Source of the DNA: Geosiphon pyriformis uo1
Lineage: Eukaryota; Fungi; Glomeromycota
DNA length: 64,000 nucleotides
Direction of reading: 5' to 3'
Assembly: GCA_016748015.1 (NCBI GenBank)
Contig: JAAOMT010000703.1
Location: 1,114,255-1,178,254, forward strand
Numbering within the stretch: the first letter of the stretch is position 1; each line of letters begins with the position of its first letter. The translations under genes were made by a program, and so were the position numbers. Positions 11,797 to 24,387 of the stretch are shown here, one piece after another. The notes beneath the pieces were generated by a model. That model searched no databases, was not told the origin of the DNA, and saw nothing but the letters and a program-made list of their open reading frames with translations.

Positions 11797-14700
11797 GTGG
11801 CAGAATCAGAAATTATAGGAGCCAACCACTTAGGATTTGCAAAATCCTTGTTTTAACAATACAGCCAACAATTAGAATTAAACAGTAATCACTACCCAGC
11901 CGAATCAGCCTTCAACTTCTACATCAATGATAAAATTACTGACTGTTTAGGAGGAATGGTAAACATTGAATCAGCCAGAGAAAACTTTTATACGGAACTG
12001 TTTCAACACACCAACTTACTAAGGAACTATAGTTTTGCACCAATAATCAGAGAGATAAATCAAAGTATTGAAAGATACATACAGCAACAATTCCCCATTA
12101 CCTATGCAGATAAGGGTAAAAGAAGAATACAAACACCAACAGCAACACCAAAAAGAATACAATTACTTAGTTGGAAAAAACACAGAGTAAAATCACCAAC
12201 CACTCTATTATATCACTATACACTTGAAAGCACCATCAACATTTCATCAATAGACATGTCCACATTAAACACGACATCAGCATTTGGACATTTCCCATTC
12301 CAAAGTAAACAAAGGAAAGAAGATCTACTAGAACTATATGGCGAGTATTTTGAAGAATTTAAATCTCAATCACTGATGCCATCAGAATTTCGATTACCAC
12401 CACCTCAACCAAATTTCAGAATTGCGAGTTTTTAGGAAATTACTAAATCAGAAAGAGAACAAGAAGTAAAAGAGGAAGAAAAATCTGAGGATCAAAAATT
12501 TACTTACCAAAACCTGATCCTAGAAAACCCAGAAATTGAAACTCCGAATATTCAAACCCCACCAAATCAGAACAATCTAAACTCCGAAGTAATTAATCAA
12601 AACTTACCTTCAGTAATCATCATTGATCAACCACTGATTAATCCAATAGCCGAACCCATACAACAGCCACTTCAATTACCATCCCAACAACCCATGCAAC
12701 AACAACTGCTTCAACAGCCATCACAATAACTAAACGTAAACCAAATGGCCTACACACCCATTGCAAAGTTAGAAAACTTTACCAGTGAAGAAGATGATGC
12801 TCAAGCATGGATCAATAATGTCTCCAAGGCCATCATAGTGAACAATTGGGACAATGCCAAAGCCCTACAAATGATACCATACTTTCTTAAAAAAACCACC
12901 AATTCTTGGTATCAGAGTTTAGCTGTCAAACTACAAACATTCTAACAATTCAAAACTGTCTTTCTGGGATATTTTAGTAACAATAACAGTATTAATTGTC
13001 TAGCCAATACTTTTACCACAATCAAACAGAATAATACTAAAGCAGTTACAACATACCTAAGATGCTTTTATAAAATCCTACACCAAATCTAAGCCATTGA
13101 CGCCATGTATTTCACAGAACCCCAGATCCTCAACCAGTTTATTCGTGGCCTGTACAGTAGCATTTTGCAACACATATGCCCATTACACCCAGCCAATCTT
13201 CAAGCTACAGTTATACACATCAGAGATTTTGAATCAGCCGAGCTAAAAGCCAATCACACTCAAGCTGTAAATTTAGTAATGAATGGATCATCTGATTTGG
13301 ATTCCAAATTGAAGCAAATTAGTGATACCATCAATCAGAAAATCAAGGGATACTTAGCTAACAACCATCAGTCTATTTATCAACCTCCCCAAAGACACAG
13401 TAATTAGGGAAACACCAATCATTTCCAAAATTAAGCACATCTATCATTGTCAATTAATCAACCATGGCAGCAGAAAATGCATGTCTGTCACAACTGTGGT
13501 AAACAAGATCACATAAGAGCCAACTGCAACACTTATAACCAACAATCGGGAAATCAACATAAAAACTCTGATCCCCAATTCCAAATCCAGAATTAATATC
13601 AAAATCAAGATCAATACCAAAACACTTACCTGCTAATGACACAGCAGCCAATTTATTAAGCACCAGTATATCAGACCCCGGTTTATCAATCACAGCCACC
13701 AGCAATATATCAACCACAGCCATTTGTAATATATCAACCACAGCCACAAGTAATCTATCAATCTCAAACCATTCAAACACCACCCCAAAACTTACCTCAA
13801 CATGGAACCCAAAGACCGAGAATGACACAACAAAACTGAAAATCAGCAATGGTTGTCCACCAACTGATCCCCAGTTCTTTTAACACACCATCAGGATTGC
13901 ATTCTCAGAATTCGGGTACCAGTGTCACCCAAAACCCAAATTCTCAGAACTATTTAAGTCTCCTGGTTACCTTAGAAGACACTACCACCAACAATTTGGG
14001 ATCCAACTAACAACAAGCACTTACCAACAACATTCTACCAGCAACTGTCACCAACAATGAATTGCTTGCAATCATCTTTCCCTTTAACTTGGAAGAAATG
14101 ATCGAAATCTCATTGTTCAATAAAGCAGCTCTTAAAGAAAAGCCAATCACTGCCATGTATACAGATGCCAAAATTGATGGCCATGCCATCAAACTGATCT
14201 TAGATAGTGGATCAGCTGGCAGCATCATAACAAAACAACTCATAAATCAATTAGGTCACTGAGTTAACCAAGCTGCCAGTACAAGGATCATTACAGCTGA
14301 TGGAACAACCAAAACTCCAATAGGTGAAATAGACAACCTACCTATCGAAATTAACGGCATTATGGTACCCATCAAAGTCCTTGTAATAGAAGCCACTCAG
14401 TACCAAGCTCTTGTTGGAAATGATTGGCTATCCAAAACAAATGCCGTACTTAATTGGACAACACAAGAGCTCCAACTGAGCCAAAATAGTCAACATACTT
14501 GGGCACCAGCAGTATGTGGCCACTTTAAACCAACCAACTCACAGCCACTAATCAAATTGAAAAAAGAAGCAAAGAAACCAATATGGAAAGTGTATCAGGT
14601 TTTGTGGGCTGACGTTGACTACAATAAACTGCTGCCCATACTTGCCTGGGACAAAGACAACTATGGAAAAGGAAAGCAGAAAGAAGAACATACCTGGGAA

Positions 14701-17700
14701 ACCACCATTGGTGCTTGGATTGATGACAACCAAAATGAGTTGCCACCTACACTAAGTTGGAAAGAAAAAGGGAAAAGAAAGAAAAGAGAAGACAACATAC
14801 TAGAGGAAACTGAATCAACAAAAGATACCACCAGTGGCTGGACTTGTTCATACTCCATTCATGAGCCACTACCATAACCACCATACATACTGCTCAAATG
14901 CAAAGACTATGGGAAGAAACTTTCTTCCATGGAAGCATGGATCACGCCAGACGAAGACTACTAGATGCAAACCCACTATTATTATAAGCCATGTCATAAA
15001 AAATGCTATGGCTACCCAAAGAAACAGGGCAAGTGGGACAATGAACCATGCCTCACTTATGGCAAACAATTACTCGATGAAAGAATATGGAATAACATTT
15101 CTGGTTGAGGAGGAATGTATAACACTTTGTGCCAATACATGATCCTTATTAGTAACTGGGTGAGTCATGATACCCCAATTACAGCAGCATGGCACCAAGT
15201 ACTCGATTGTTTAGACAGTTACCCCCACAATAAAGAGGAGATCTGGCAAATGGCCAATGCCAAAGTAAAAGGTACTACACCCAGTGAAATACTGGAAATT
15301 AAGAACAACCCTCCAGAACTGGTTAATATCATTCATATTCCTAACCCAGATGCTTTTATAGATGAAGAAACAGATCCAGAAGACTTCCACAAATACTACC
15401 AAAATTTGGCACCTACAAAAGAAGAGCAGGAGCAGTATTTAGAACAACTAAACACCCAATTATGTGACCACTGTTTGATTCTCTGTGACTTCCAATATTG
15501 TAATGAATGTGACCTTATTTACAATCCACTACCATGCATGATCTACACAATCCCAGAGGAAATTGAACCAATCAACAGCTGTGCATCCGAATCAGAATTA
15601 CTGTTTGATCCCAATTTAAACTCCGACAATGATGACAACAAAAACACTGGTTCCAGCTCTGTTCAAATTGGCGATAACAACAATGACAATTCCAACTCAG
15701 ATTCAAACTCTGACCCAAAATATGAACAATACATTGCACTGCCAAACCTCTCCAAAGAACAGGAGTTGAAATAGTATAATGACAATAATGAAAGTATCAT
15801 GCCAGAACATGCGCATAATACTAATGCTAGGTTTAATCTGAGATATTCTGGAAAAGATGTTATAAAATTGGAACCACATTTGTGCACCTGCATAGATCTG
15901 AAAGTAGCACTAGAAATTCTAGCAATAACAATGGTTCAACTAGTATCTAGAAATAATTTAGCAAAAAGAGAGATTAATATAAGAAGAGGAATAATTGATG
16001 CAGGATATGTAAGAAATATTATTGCTATGCTACAAAATGACTCTGAAAAAGCCTATATCATAGAGCCAAACAAAAAAATAGCACAGGCAATATTCCTGTC
16101 TCTGGTGAAAATAGCTCAGTTAGTATTAGTGGGAAATAGGGAGGAATTAGGGATAACAGCAAGAAGAATACAGGGATTTGGATCAATGAATAGAATAGAT
16201 GTACTAGTCAATATGGCAGAAAAAAAAATTGTTGACCAAGGAGAAATTATCTCAATGGGTCAAGCAATTTCTATTCCACCATATGACTAGTACATGGTAA
16301 GGATAAAGTGGGAAGTAAAAAAACAAAATCAGATTTTTGAAGCAAAAACAACTCTTTATGAATCAAGAGAGATTGGATTTATCAATCTCCATATACCAGC
16401 CAAAGATTACAGCCACATCAAAATTCCCATCTACAATAACACAGGAAATGTCATAGTAATACCAGCTGGAATTACCATTGGATACTTAAGCAGTGAAATA
16501 GAAGATTAACCACCAAGCACCATTCCAGATTTTTCACAGCTTTGTGAATATGTGGACATTACATCACAAACAATATATGGACAAAGTGAATGTTATTTGC
16601 TCCAACCAAAGCAATTGGAACAAATAAACATGGGAGACTTAGATTCACTCCAATGTATGCAGCTTAAGATGTTGCTTAACAATTTCAATGACATCTTTGC
16701 CAATGAAAACAAGTTTGGCCGAACTGACATCATCCAGCATCAGATTAAAACTGGAGATGCAATGCCAATTAAACAAAGAGCATACAGAGTACCACCAGCT
16801 AGCCATGAGATCATTTGTCAAGAAATAAACCAAATGCTTAACAATGGGCTAATTCAATCATCAATGAGCTCATGGTCATCACCAGTGGTACTCATCTGGA
16901 AGAAAAATGGAAAAATCTGATTTTGTGTGGACTACAGGAAACTCAATGGTGTAACTCGTGGAGACAGCTATCTAACTCCAAGAATACAAGAATTATTTGA
17001 TGCTTTCAGTAAAAACAAATAGTTCTTAACATTAGACTTGGACAGTGGTTACTGACAAGTAGCCATGAATCCAGCAAACAAAAAAAAGACGGCATTCACC
17101 ACTAGAAAAAGGAATTTCAAATTTGAAGTAATGCCATTTGGCTTAACCAATGCACCAGCCACTTTTTAGTGATTAATGGAAATCGTTTATACTGGCTTAT
17201 TATGGAAATCAGTAGTTGTATACTTGGACAACACCAATGTATTCTCAAAAACATTTGATGATCATCTTCATTATCTTCAACAAGTGTTCGAAAGGCTAAG
17301 AAGAGCAGGACTAAAGTTAAATGCAACAAAGTGCTTCTTTAGCAAAACAGAACTAAAATTCTTGGAACACATAGTCAGTAAAGACAACATCAAAATGGAT
17401 CCAAAGAAAATAGAGATAGTAAAGAACTTTCCAGTACCAACCAATGTGACTAAATTGAAATTATTCTTGGAATTTGCAAGCTATTATCGGTGCTTTATAA
17501 AGAACTTTTCAAAGATAGCTAAACCATTTAATAATCACAAAATATGAATGGACAGAAAGTCAACAAGAAGCTTTTAATATTCTGAAAAAAAAGCTCATTC
17601 AAGTTTCAGTACTGATCTATCCAGATCACAACAAACCATTCATCATTACCACTGATGCATTAGGCCAAACATTGGGAGCAGTACTATTGCAGAAAAGACC

Positions 17701-18010
17701 AGATGAAAGAGAACATCTAGTGGTTTATGCAAGCCGAGAGTTAACCCCAGCCGAAAAGAACTATAGAACACCAGAACTGAAATATTTGGCAATCTACTGG
17801 GCAGTCATAAAATGGAGTGAATATTTGAGCCAGAAGTTTAATGTGTATACAGATCACAAAAAATTAACATCACTTCAGAAGCAAGAATTTGGAGACGGCC
17901 GCCAATCCAGATGGAAAATGGCACTCTTACGATATACTTATACTATACACTATAAGAAAAAAAAAGACAATGAAAATACTAACAGTTTGTTGCAAATAAG
18001 ACAAATCTAA
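11797..18010 (+). pseudogene. Gypsy B gag-PR-ZnF-dUTPase-RT-RNase H polyprotein
   Basis: ORF fragments 11956-17547 all in one frame; knuckle CHNCGKQDHIRANC; protease LILDSGSA; RT YLDN (decayed YLDD); RH TTDA..YASR..YTDH. Confidence 0.9.
15799..16195 (+). pseudogene. dUTPase domain of Gypsy B
   Basis: five motifs recognisable: ARFNL (AGFDL), SRNNLAK, GIIDAGYV.NI, KIAQAI, R.IQGFGS. Confidence 0.92.
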
Positions 18011-18072
18011 GAACATTTCAAACCCAAAAATATAACAAAACCAGAACAATACTAACAAAAATATAACAAAAG

Positions 18073-19455
18073 ATGAACATATAAAAATATCAACAACTTT
18101 AACATTATATAAACACTTAACAGTTCAAGAAGAATTTATCTTAAATGAAACGAAAGAGTATCAAACAACAATCAAAATATTTTATCACCTACCAAAATAT
18201 ACTTTATCAGAAAAATAGAAAAAATCTAGATCAACTAACCAAAGTAATTACAGAGCCAGAAAAAGAAATAATATTATTCAACATGCACTCAAATCCAACA
18301 GCAGGACATTTTCACAAAGAAACAACCATAGAAAAAACCAGAAAAAGATACTATTGGCCATCAATGTATCCAAACATCATTCAATATGTTCAAAATTGTG
18401 ATGCTTGTCAGCGAAGAGAAGGAACAAGACCCAGTGAACCATTAAGACCAATCAAAGTAAGACAACCATTTGACCATATTGGAATTGATTTAGTCAGACT
18501 ATTAACAATTACCAGTAGAGGAAACAGATACATAGCAGTAGTCATGGACTAACTCACTAAATGGCCAGAGGTGAAAGCAATTCAAAGAGTAAATGCAGAA
18601 TCCATTGCTAAATTCATTCATTAGGATTTGATTTGTCGACATAGATGTCTAAAAAAATTATTATCAAACCAAGAAATGCATTTTGTGAACAGAACATTAA
18701 CAGAATTGAGCCAAAGATTCAGAATTAAGAGACTATTATCATCACCATACCATCCACAAACCAATGAATTAGTCGAAAAATTCAACAGAACATTGTGTGA
18801 AACAATAGCTAAGCTCAGCCAAAAAAACCAGAATGATTGGGATTTGTTAATACCATCAGTACTATTTGCTTATCAGACAATGAAGCAAGATACTATACAA
18901 GCAACACCATTTAAATTAGTATATGGTAGAACAGCAATATTACCAGTGAAAATAGAAGTCAGTACATACTCAACTGAACCAATAACAGAAGAAAATTTCA
19001 AAAACACATTGTTGAGAAGAACATATGACTTAATGGAAACATTAGAAAACAAATGACAAAGAGCAGCTGATAATATACAAAAATTACAAGAAAAACAAAA
19101 AGAAAGACATGATAACCAATTACCAGATAAACCAGTTAAATTCAAGATTGGAGACAAAGTACTACTACATTGTACCAAAGTGGAAAAACAATGAAATGGA
19201 AAATTTGACCCCAAATGAGACGAACCATTTCACATAGAAGAAATTCTAGGAAATAAAGCTTACAAATTAAGATTGAATAACAAAATCTTGACCAAAGCAG
19301 CACATGAAGATCGACTGAAATCATATCACCATATAGTATCATCATCTACTAGTAATATTCCACAACTGGGAGTACAGAGAAAACTAGTCCAACCAGATGA
19401 GATTCCACAAAATCTGGAACCAATCATCATTATTGATAACAACATATCCAATTGA
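18073..19455 (+). pseudogene. Gypsy B integrase, separate ORF
   Basis: own ATG; H..GH..YYWP..CDAC zinc finger, IGIDL, SPYHPQTN, FKIGDKVL SH3/GPY-F-like tail. Confidence 0.88.
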
Positions 19456-19509
19456 TCAACAGAAAGAATATATAAAGGCATAGTCAACACGACAAAAAAA
19501 TGCAGAAAA

Positions 19510-20139
19510 ATAGAAATTATTAACAACATCCATTCATTAGCACAACAAATCTTCTAATTAATCCAACACCAGGAGATGGAAATTACAATCAATCAACAAA
19601 CCATTTGATACAAAAGTACTACAAGAATACCATAACACAAAGTACAGAGAAAACTCGAAAATATTGTTGACAAGATTATGACCAAAGTAAAATTGGTCAT
19701 AAAAGAACAACAAATAGTCAGATTACACCAAGAACTTACTGAAGAAACTTGGACTTGGTGGATGCAACAATTTCCGAAAAACTATTGTCATTTTCACTTG
19801 AAACAACATGTAAATATCCAGAATTTGTACACCAACAAAACAAAATGGTTATTTGACACAACAATACTGAGACAACTGAAACAATTTGTGGGAAAAAACA
19901 ATCTAATCACACAAGTTTGAACCATTTACCAGCTATATATGGGATTTCAAGACCAACCAGAAATCTTACTCAACATGGCAATGGATACAGTTACGAGTAA
20001 TCAATTGGGGAAAATGACCAATGCCCAATTTGAAGAACTACAAACTCAAATAACACAAGTAATACTCGAAAAAGAAGTTCAAAAAATAATTCAAAAGGGA
20101 AAATTAAAAGAGTTAGATTTTGACGGAGCTCAATATTAA
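19510..20139 (+). pseudogene. Gypsy B ORF3, unknown function
   Basis: frame contains ORFs 19678-19920 and 19939-20139; homologous to 53766-54500; start read as ATG>ATA; ends DFDGAQY*. Confidence 0.75.
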
Positions 20140-20152
20140 AAGGAGAGAATAA

Positions 20153-21053
20153 TGTTACTCATAGAATAAAGGAAGTATATTATTATTAGCAAGTAGAGAT
20201 TAGCCAATCAGAAATAGACATAATAAATGTGGAATTCCAGGATTTTTCTCAGAGGAATTGCAGAATTCCAGGAATTTCAGGATTCTTCAGCAAGGAATCA
20301 TAGGATTTCAGAATTCCAGGATTCCTCTCATCAGAAATTGCAGAATTCCTGTTATAAGGAATTAAAGAATTGAGGAATCTCAAATATGTATATATAACAG
20401 TAGCATTAGAAGCAGAAAAGACAGAATCACCACCAAGAATTCTTAGCTTAGTTACCACAATCCTCAAATAAATAATTATTTGCTATATCAAATTTAATTT
20501 TCACTATTAACACTTCATGTTGATAGTAACTGATACTTAATCATACTGGAACAATAGCTCTTAATCATGACTATTGATGGACTACTAACTTGCAAATTGC
20601 CTTGACTTATTTCTTATTTTCTCTTTTAGCTTTTTTTTATTTTTCTTTATTAGCTACTAACTTAATTGAAGGATTTACTCTTGGAGGACTTATGGAGGAA
20701 TAAAACTTACTTAAACAATACTTACTCTTGAAGGACTTATAGAGAAATAAACTTGCTTAAACAATACTTACTCTTGGAGGAACTGACATCAGAAAACAGC
20801 ACTGATATACACTTATGGAGGATATCGTACCAGAAGAATCATCAACCATCCAGCTGAGCAAGCAATTGACGAAACTACGGTTTCAGGAAACTACTAATAA
20901 ACTGTTACCTTTAAATCTCTGTCCATTATACAAAGAACTCAATTGGAAAACCTTCAGATAAAATACCTTCAGATTATTATTGTCATTAATCATTTTGCAC
21001 ACCAAGTTACAGGTTTGTTATTTACTTAACACTCCAAAGAATTACCTGTAACA
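20153..21053 (+). repeat. Gypsy B 3' LTR
   Basis: follows PPT aaaaggagagaa; ~90% identical to the 5' LTR over the first 249 bp. Confidence 0.95.
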
Positions 21054-24000
21054 ACATCTAGCACATTTTTCCCAAGAACAGCAGTAGTTCCAACTCCCAA
21101 AGAAGCAGAATTGCTCATAAAATCAAATGCCAATGTAAACTAGTAAGACACAGAATCTCTCAAATCCAACTGCTTCCAACACTGAAATGTTTTTCAGTTC
21201 ATCATCATCATCTTCTTGTCAAGAAGTCTGTTACTGAATGCAATGCCAAACCACCTTAATGAAAAAACAGATTTGTAGTACAAGAACTAACCCAAAATAT
21301 CAGACATCAGAAAAACACCAGATCCACAGAAGACACAAGGCAGATTGTTCACCAATGACAACTTATTTGCTAAAAAAATTTTCACCACTTTTGCCAAAAA
21401 ATTAATCACAAAACTAACACATAACTTGACAGAAAATTGTAAAAAATTTAGAGGAAACCAACCCAAAACTTGCAAATTCAAAAATCTATGATCAAATAAA
21501 TGTCCAAAAATGCTGCAGCCATTAGAAAATAAAATTAGAGAAGCCAGCTTTCCTTCAAACTGCACTTGCTCAAAAGGCTTTAAATCATACAAAGATAGAT
21601 GATACAAAATCTTACTAGAGAAGTTATATGGTAAACTAGTCTTGGCTCTAAGATTCTTCTTAATCATTATGTCCCACTTGTAACACACATCCAAAAAAAC
21701 AAAACAAAACTGTATATAATAGCTAATAATTGGTTGCAAGACTGCTGAAACCAAGTAACAGAATTGTTTATTTGTAATAGTTTTCCTCAACACCACATTA
21801 GAAAAAAACTTGACATCTACATAAGCTTGAACCAAATTGGATTTAAAAAGATCCTTAGTTGACAAGAAGATACCCAAATATTAGTGTGACTTACCTTTTT
21901 TAGCAATCAAAATTGGCAAACTATTAATTAACAGTAAAGCATTCTTAATATCTTGATTAATAGAAATAACTACTGTCTTATTGTTATTAATTGAGATGTT
22001 ATTGATTACAAAAAACTTACTTGCAATGTTTAAAATATACTGTATAGAAGTCTGACAACTTTTAATCCAAATCATATTATTAACAAAGGCATTAGCAGCC
22101 AAAAAAGAAGTTTTCTTTTCAACAGTCTTAATTCTGCCAAACTTTGCCACAAACTTGCTATCAATTCTGTATCTACACAAGTGTTCATGCCTTTTCATCT
22201 CACACAAAAGTGGATCATAAAAAATTCTCCAAAGGAATAAGGAAAAAACCTCCCTCTAATTCAGCCTATCATGAACCCTGTATCCTTCTGAGAGCCCAAA
22301 GTTTGTTATCACTTTGTTGATCTTATTCTCATGAATGTTGCCAAAAAACCTAATAAAACGTTTACATATTTTAATACAATACAGGCTTGCCTTTAAGTAA
22401 TGCCAATCTACTGAATTATAAGCTTTGTACATATCCTGTAGCATCAACCAAAGCTCTCTATTCTTCTCCAGAACATTCTCAATAACTAAACCAATAGCAA
22501 AAATAGGAGACTGGGTTGAAGTACCTTTCAATACTGAAAAATTATTACCATGAAGAACATTAAACTTGCTACAAGCCAAAAATATCTAATTAGTTAAAAT
22601 CTTAGATAAGATTTTATATATAGTATTAACTAATACAATAGGTCTAGTATTTGTCAAAACACTATTTTATTTGTAAGGTTTTGGGATCATTGAAATTCAT
22701 GTTCTTTTTCAGGGAGCCAAAATTATATCCAGATTTAGACACAAATTTAACAACTTTAAAAAACAGACCAAAACTTCTTTACCACAATGTTTTCAAAGTT
22801 CATTGAATATTTTTGACAATCTGACTGCTTTATCATTTGGTAGATTATCAATAACCAAAGACAATTCACCCATACCAATATTTTCTATTATATTAAAAAA
22901 AGCATTTTTATTTATATAATCCAGAAGCATATATTGTTGAGACCAAAGATTAGACATATTTAGGAATACTAAGTGCTTTTTTGTTTACTCTTCTATAATT
23001 TCATCAACCTTGAGCTTTATTCTATCAGGTCCAATTACCAGCTTATTATCTACTATCAAGTAATTCAAAACCACTTTGTAAAATGGATATTTTAGAATAC
23101 TCTTTATCATCTGCCTTTTGTCAGAACAGAAATTTTCTATATGACTGTTAATTGTCTTTTGAATGACTATATCTTCAACAACCTTAACTTCACAATACTT
23201 AAATCTCCAATACTTTTTTCTCATTACTGATAAATGTCTAATCACATCTATTGAATCTGCATTATCCAAAACTATGTTAGTAATTTTGAAAGCTTTAACC
23301 TTATCAATAGCTGACCAAACTTTAACAAGACAGTTAAAATTCAGAAGATTACCAAAATTCCAGCATTACACAATTTTTGCAACAAGCTGTTCTAATTTAA
23401 AGAATTTTGAAAATTGTTTATTCTTTGAACAATTATATTTATTATACCAAATTTTAGAAAAAACCACATTAACAGCTTGAACTATGACTTCTTTTAGCAT
23501 CTTCTACACTGTATTTAAGTTACCATTGCTTCTTGTATCCTTAAACACCTTTGACCTAACCAGTATTTTAACAGAAGAATAGTCTTTAAAGCCCAACTAT
23601 TGGTTGTTGTCTACATTCCCCAATTTGAACTTTCACCAGTCTTGGTTGGCTTGCTTGTGAACACTGAAAAAATGAGCATCCAGAAGTTCACCCAAACCAA
23701 TTGAAACTAAAACTGACTTATAATCCATATTGAAAAACTCTGACACATCATCAACTTTGTGTAATGCAATTGCAGACACCAAATTCCAATTCACAAAAAT
23801 AAAGTCAATCACTCTCTCAACACTTCTAGAATTGCTCCAAATAGAAGCTTTGGTTAGCAAGTGTCCATCAAAAGTGTTAACCAGGCCCAAACCCAAACAG
23901 AACTTGAAGCTTGCATTCCTCTTAGATTCATTCTTATTAAAATCACCACCCAAAATCACAAAAAAGCTGAAATTAACTGTCTTAGAAACCATAGAATTAA

Positions 24001-24387
24001 TATTAGCAGCTTGGCCAAAATGTGCACCAAAAGATATACCAGCATAAAGACCCAAGATTATAACTAAAAGCCTGTTTTTGAACAGAAGACATATTAAAAT
24101 CAGATGACCAGAAATTTCATCCATCTTTGACACATGTTGAGTCAAAAAATTGTTTATGATTATAACAACTCCAGCACCACAAAAACCAGCATCCAAACCA
24201 GAAGTGAAAACCCAGATTTCATTAAACTTATTTGTAATCCAAGGCCTAATATTAGATCTCAACTTTGTTTCAGTAATAATAAAAACCATATTACCTAAAT
24301 CTTTATGCCAATGAACAATATCATTCTGTTTAGCTAAATTTGTTATGTCCCTAATATTGCATGTAGCTATCTTCCAAATAAGCTTAC

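Larger units (their letters stand above)
10822..21053 (+). mobile_element. Full-length Ty3/Gypsy LTR retrotransposon, family B
   Basis: two TG..CA LTRs, 4-bp TSD ACAT (10818-10821 / 21054-21057), PBS, PPT, order PR-RT-RH-IN. Confidence 0.97.

Noticed and set aside
20850-20890. Hammerhead ribozyme in LTR B (ctgagca...cgaaac...gtt)
   Set aside because: Core is not CUGANGA and stems I and II do not pair; better read as a simple UACG hairpin
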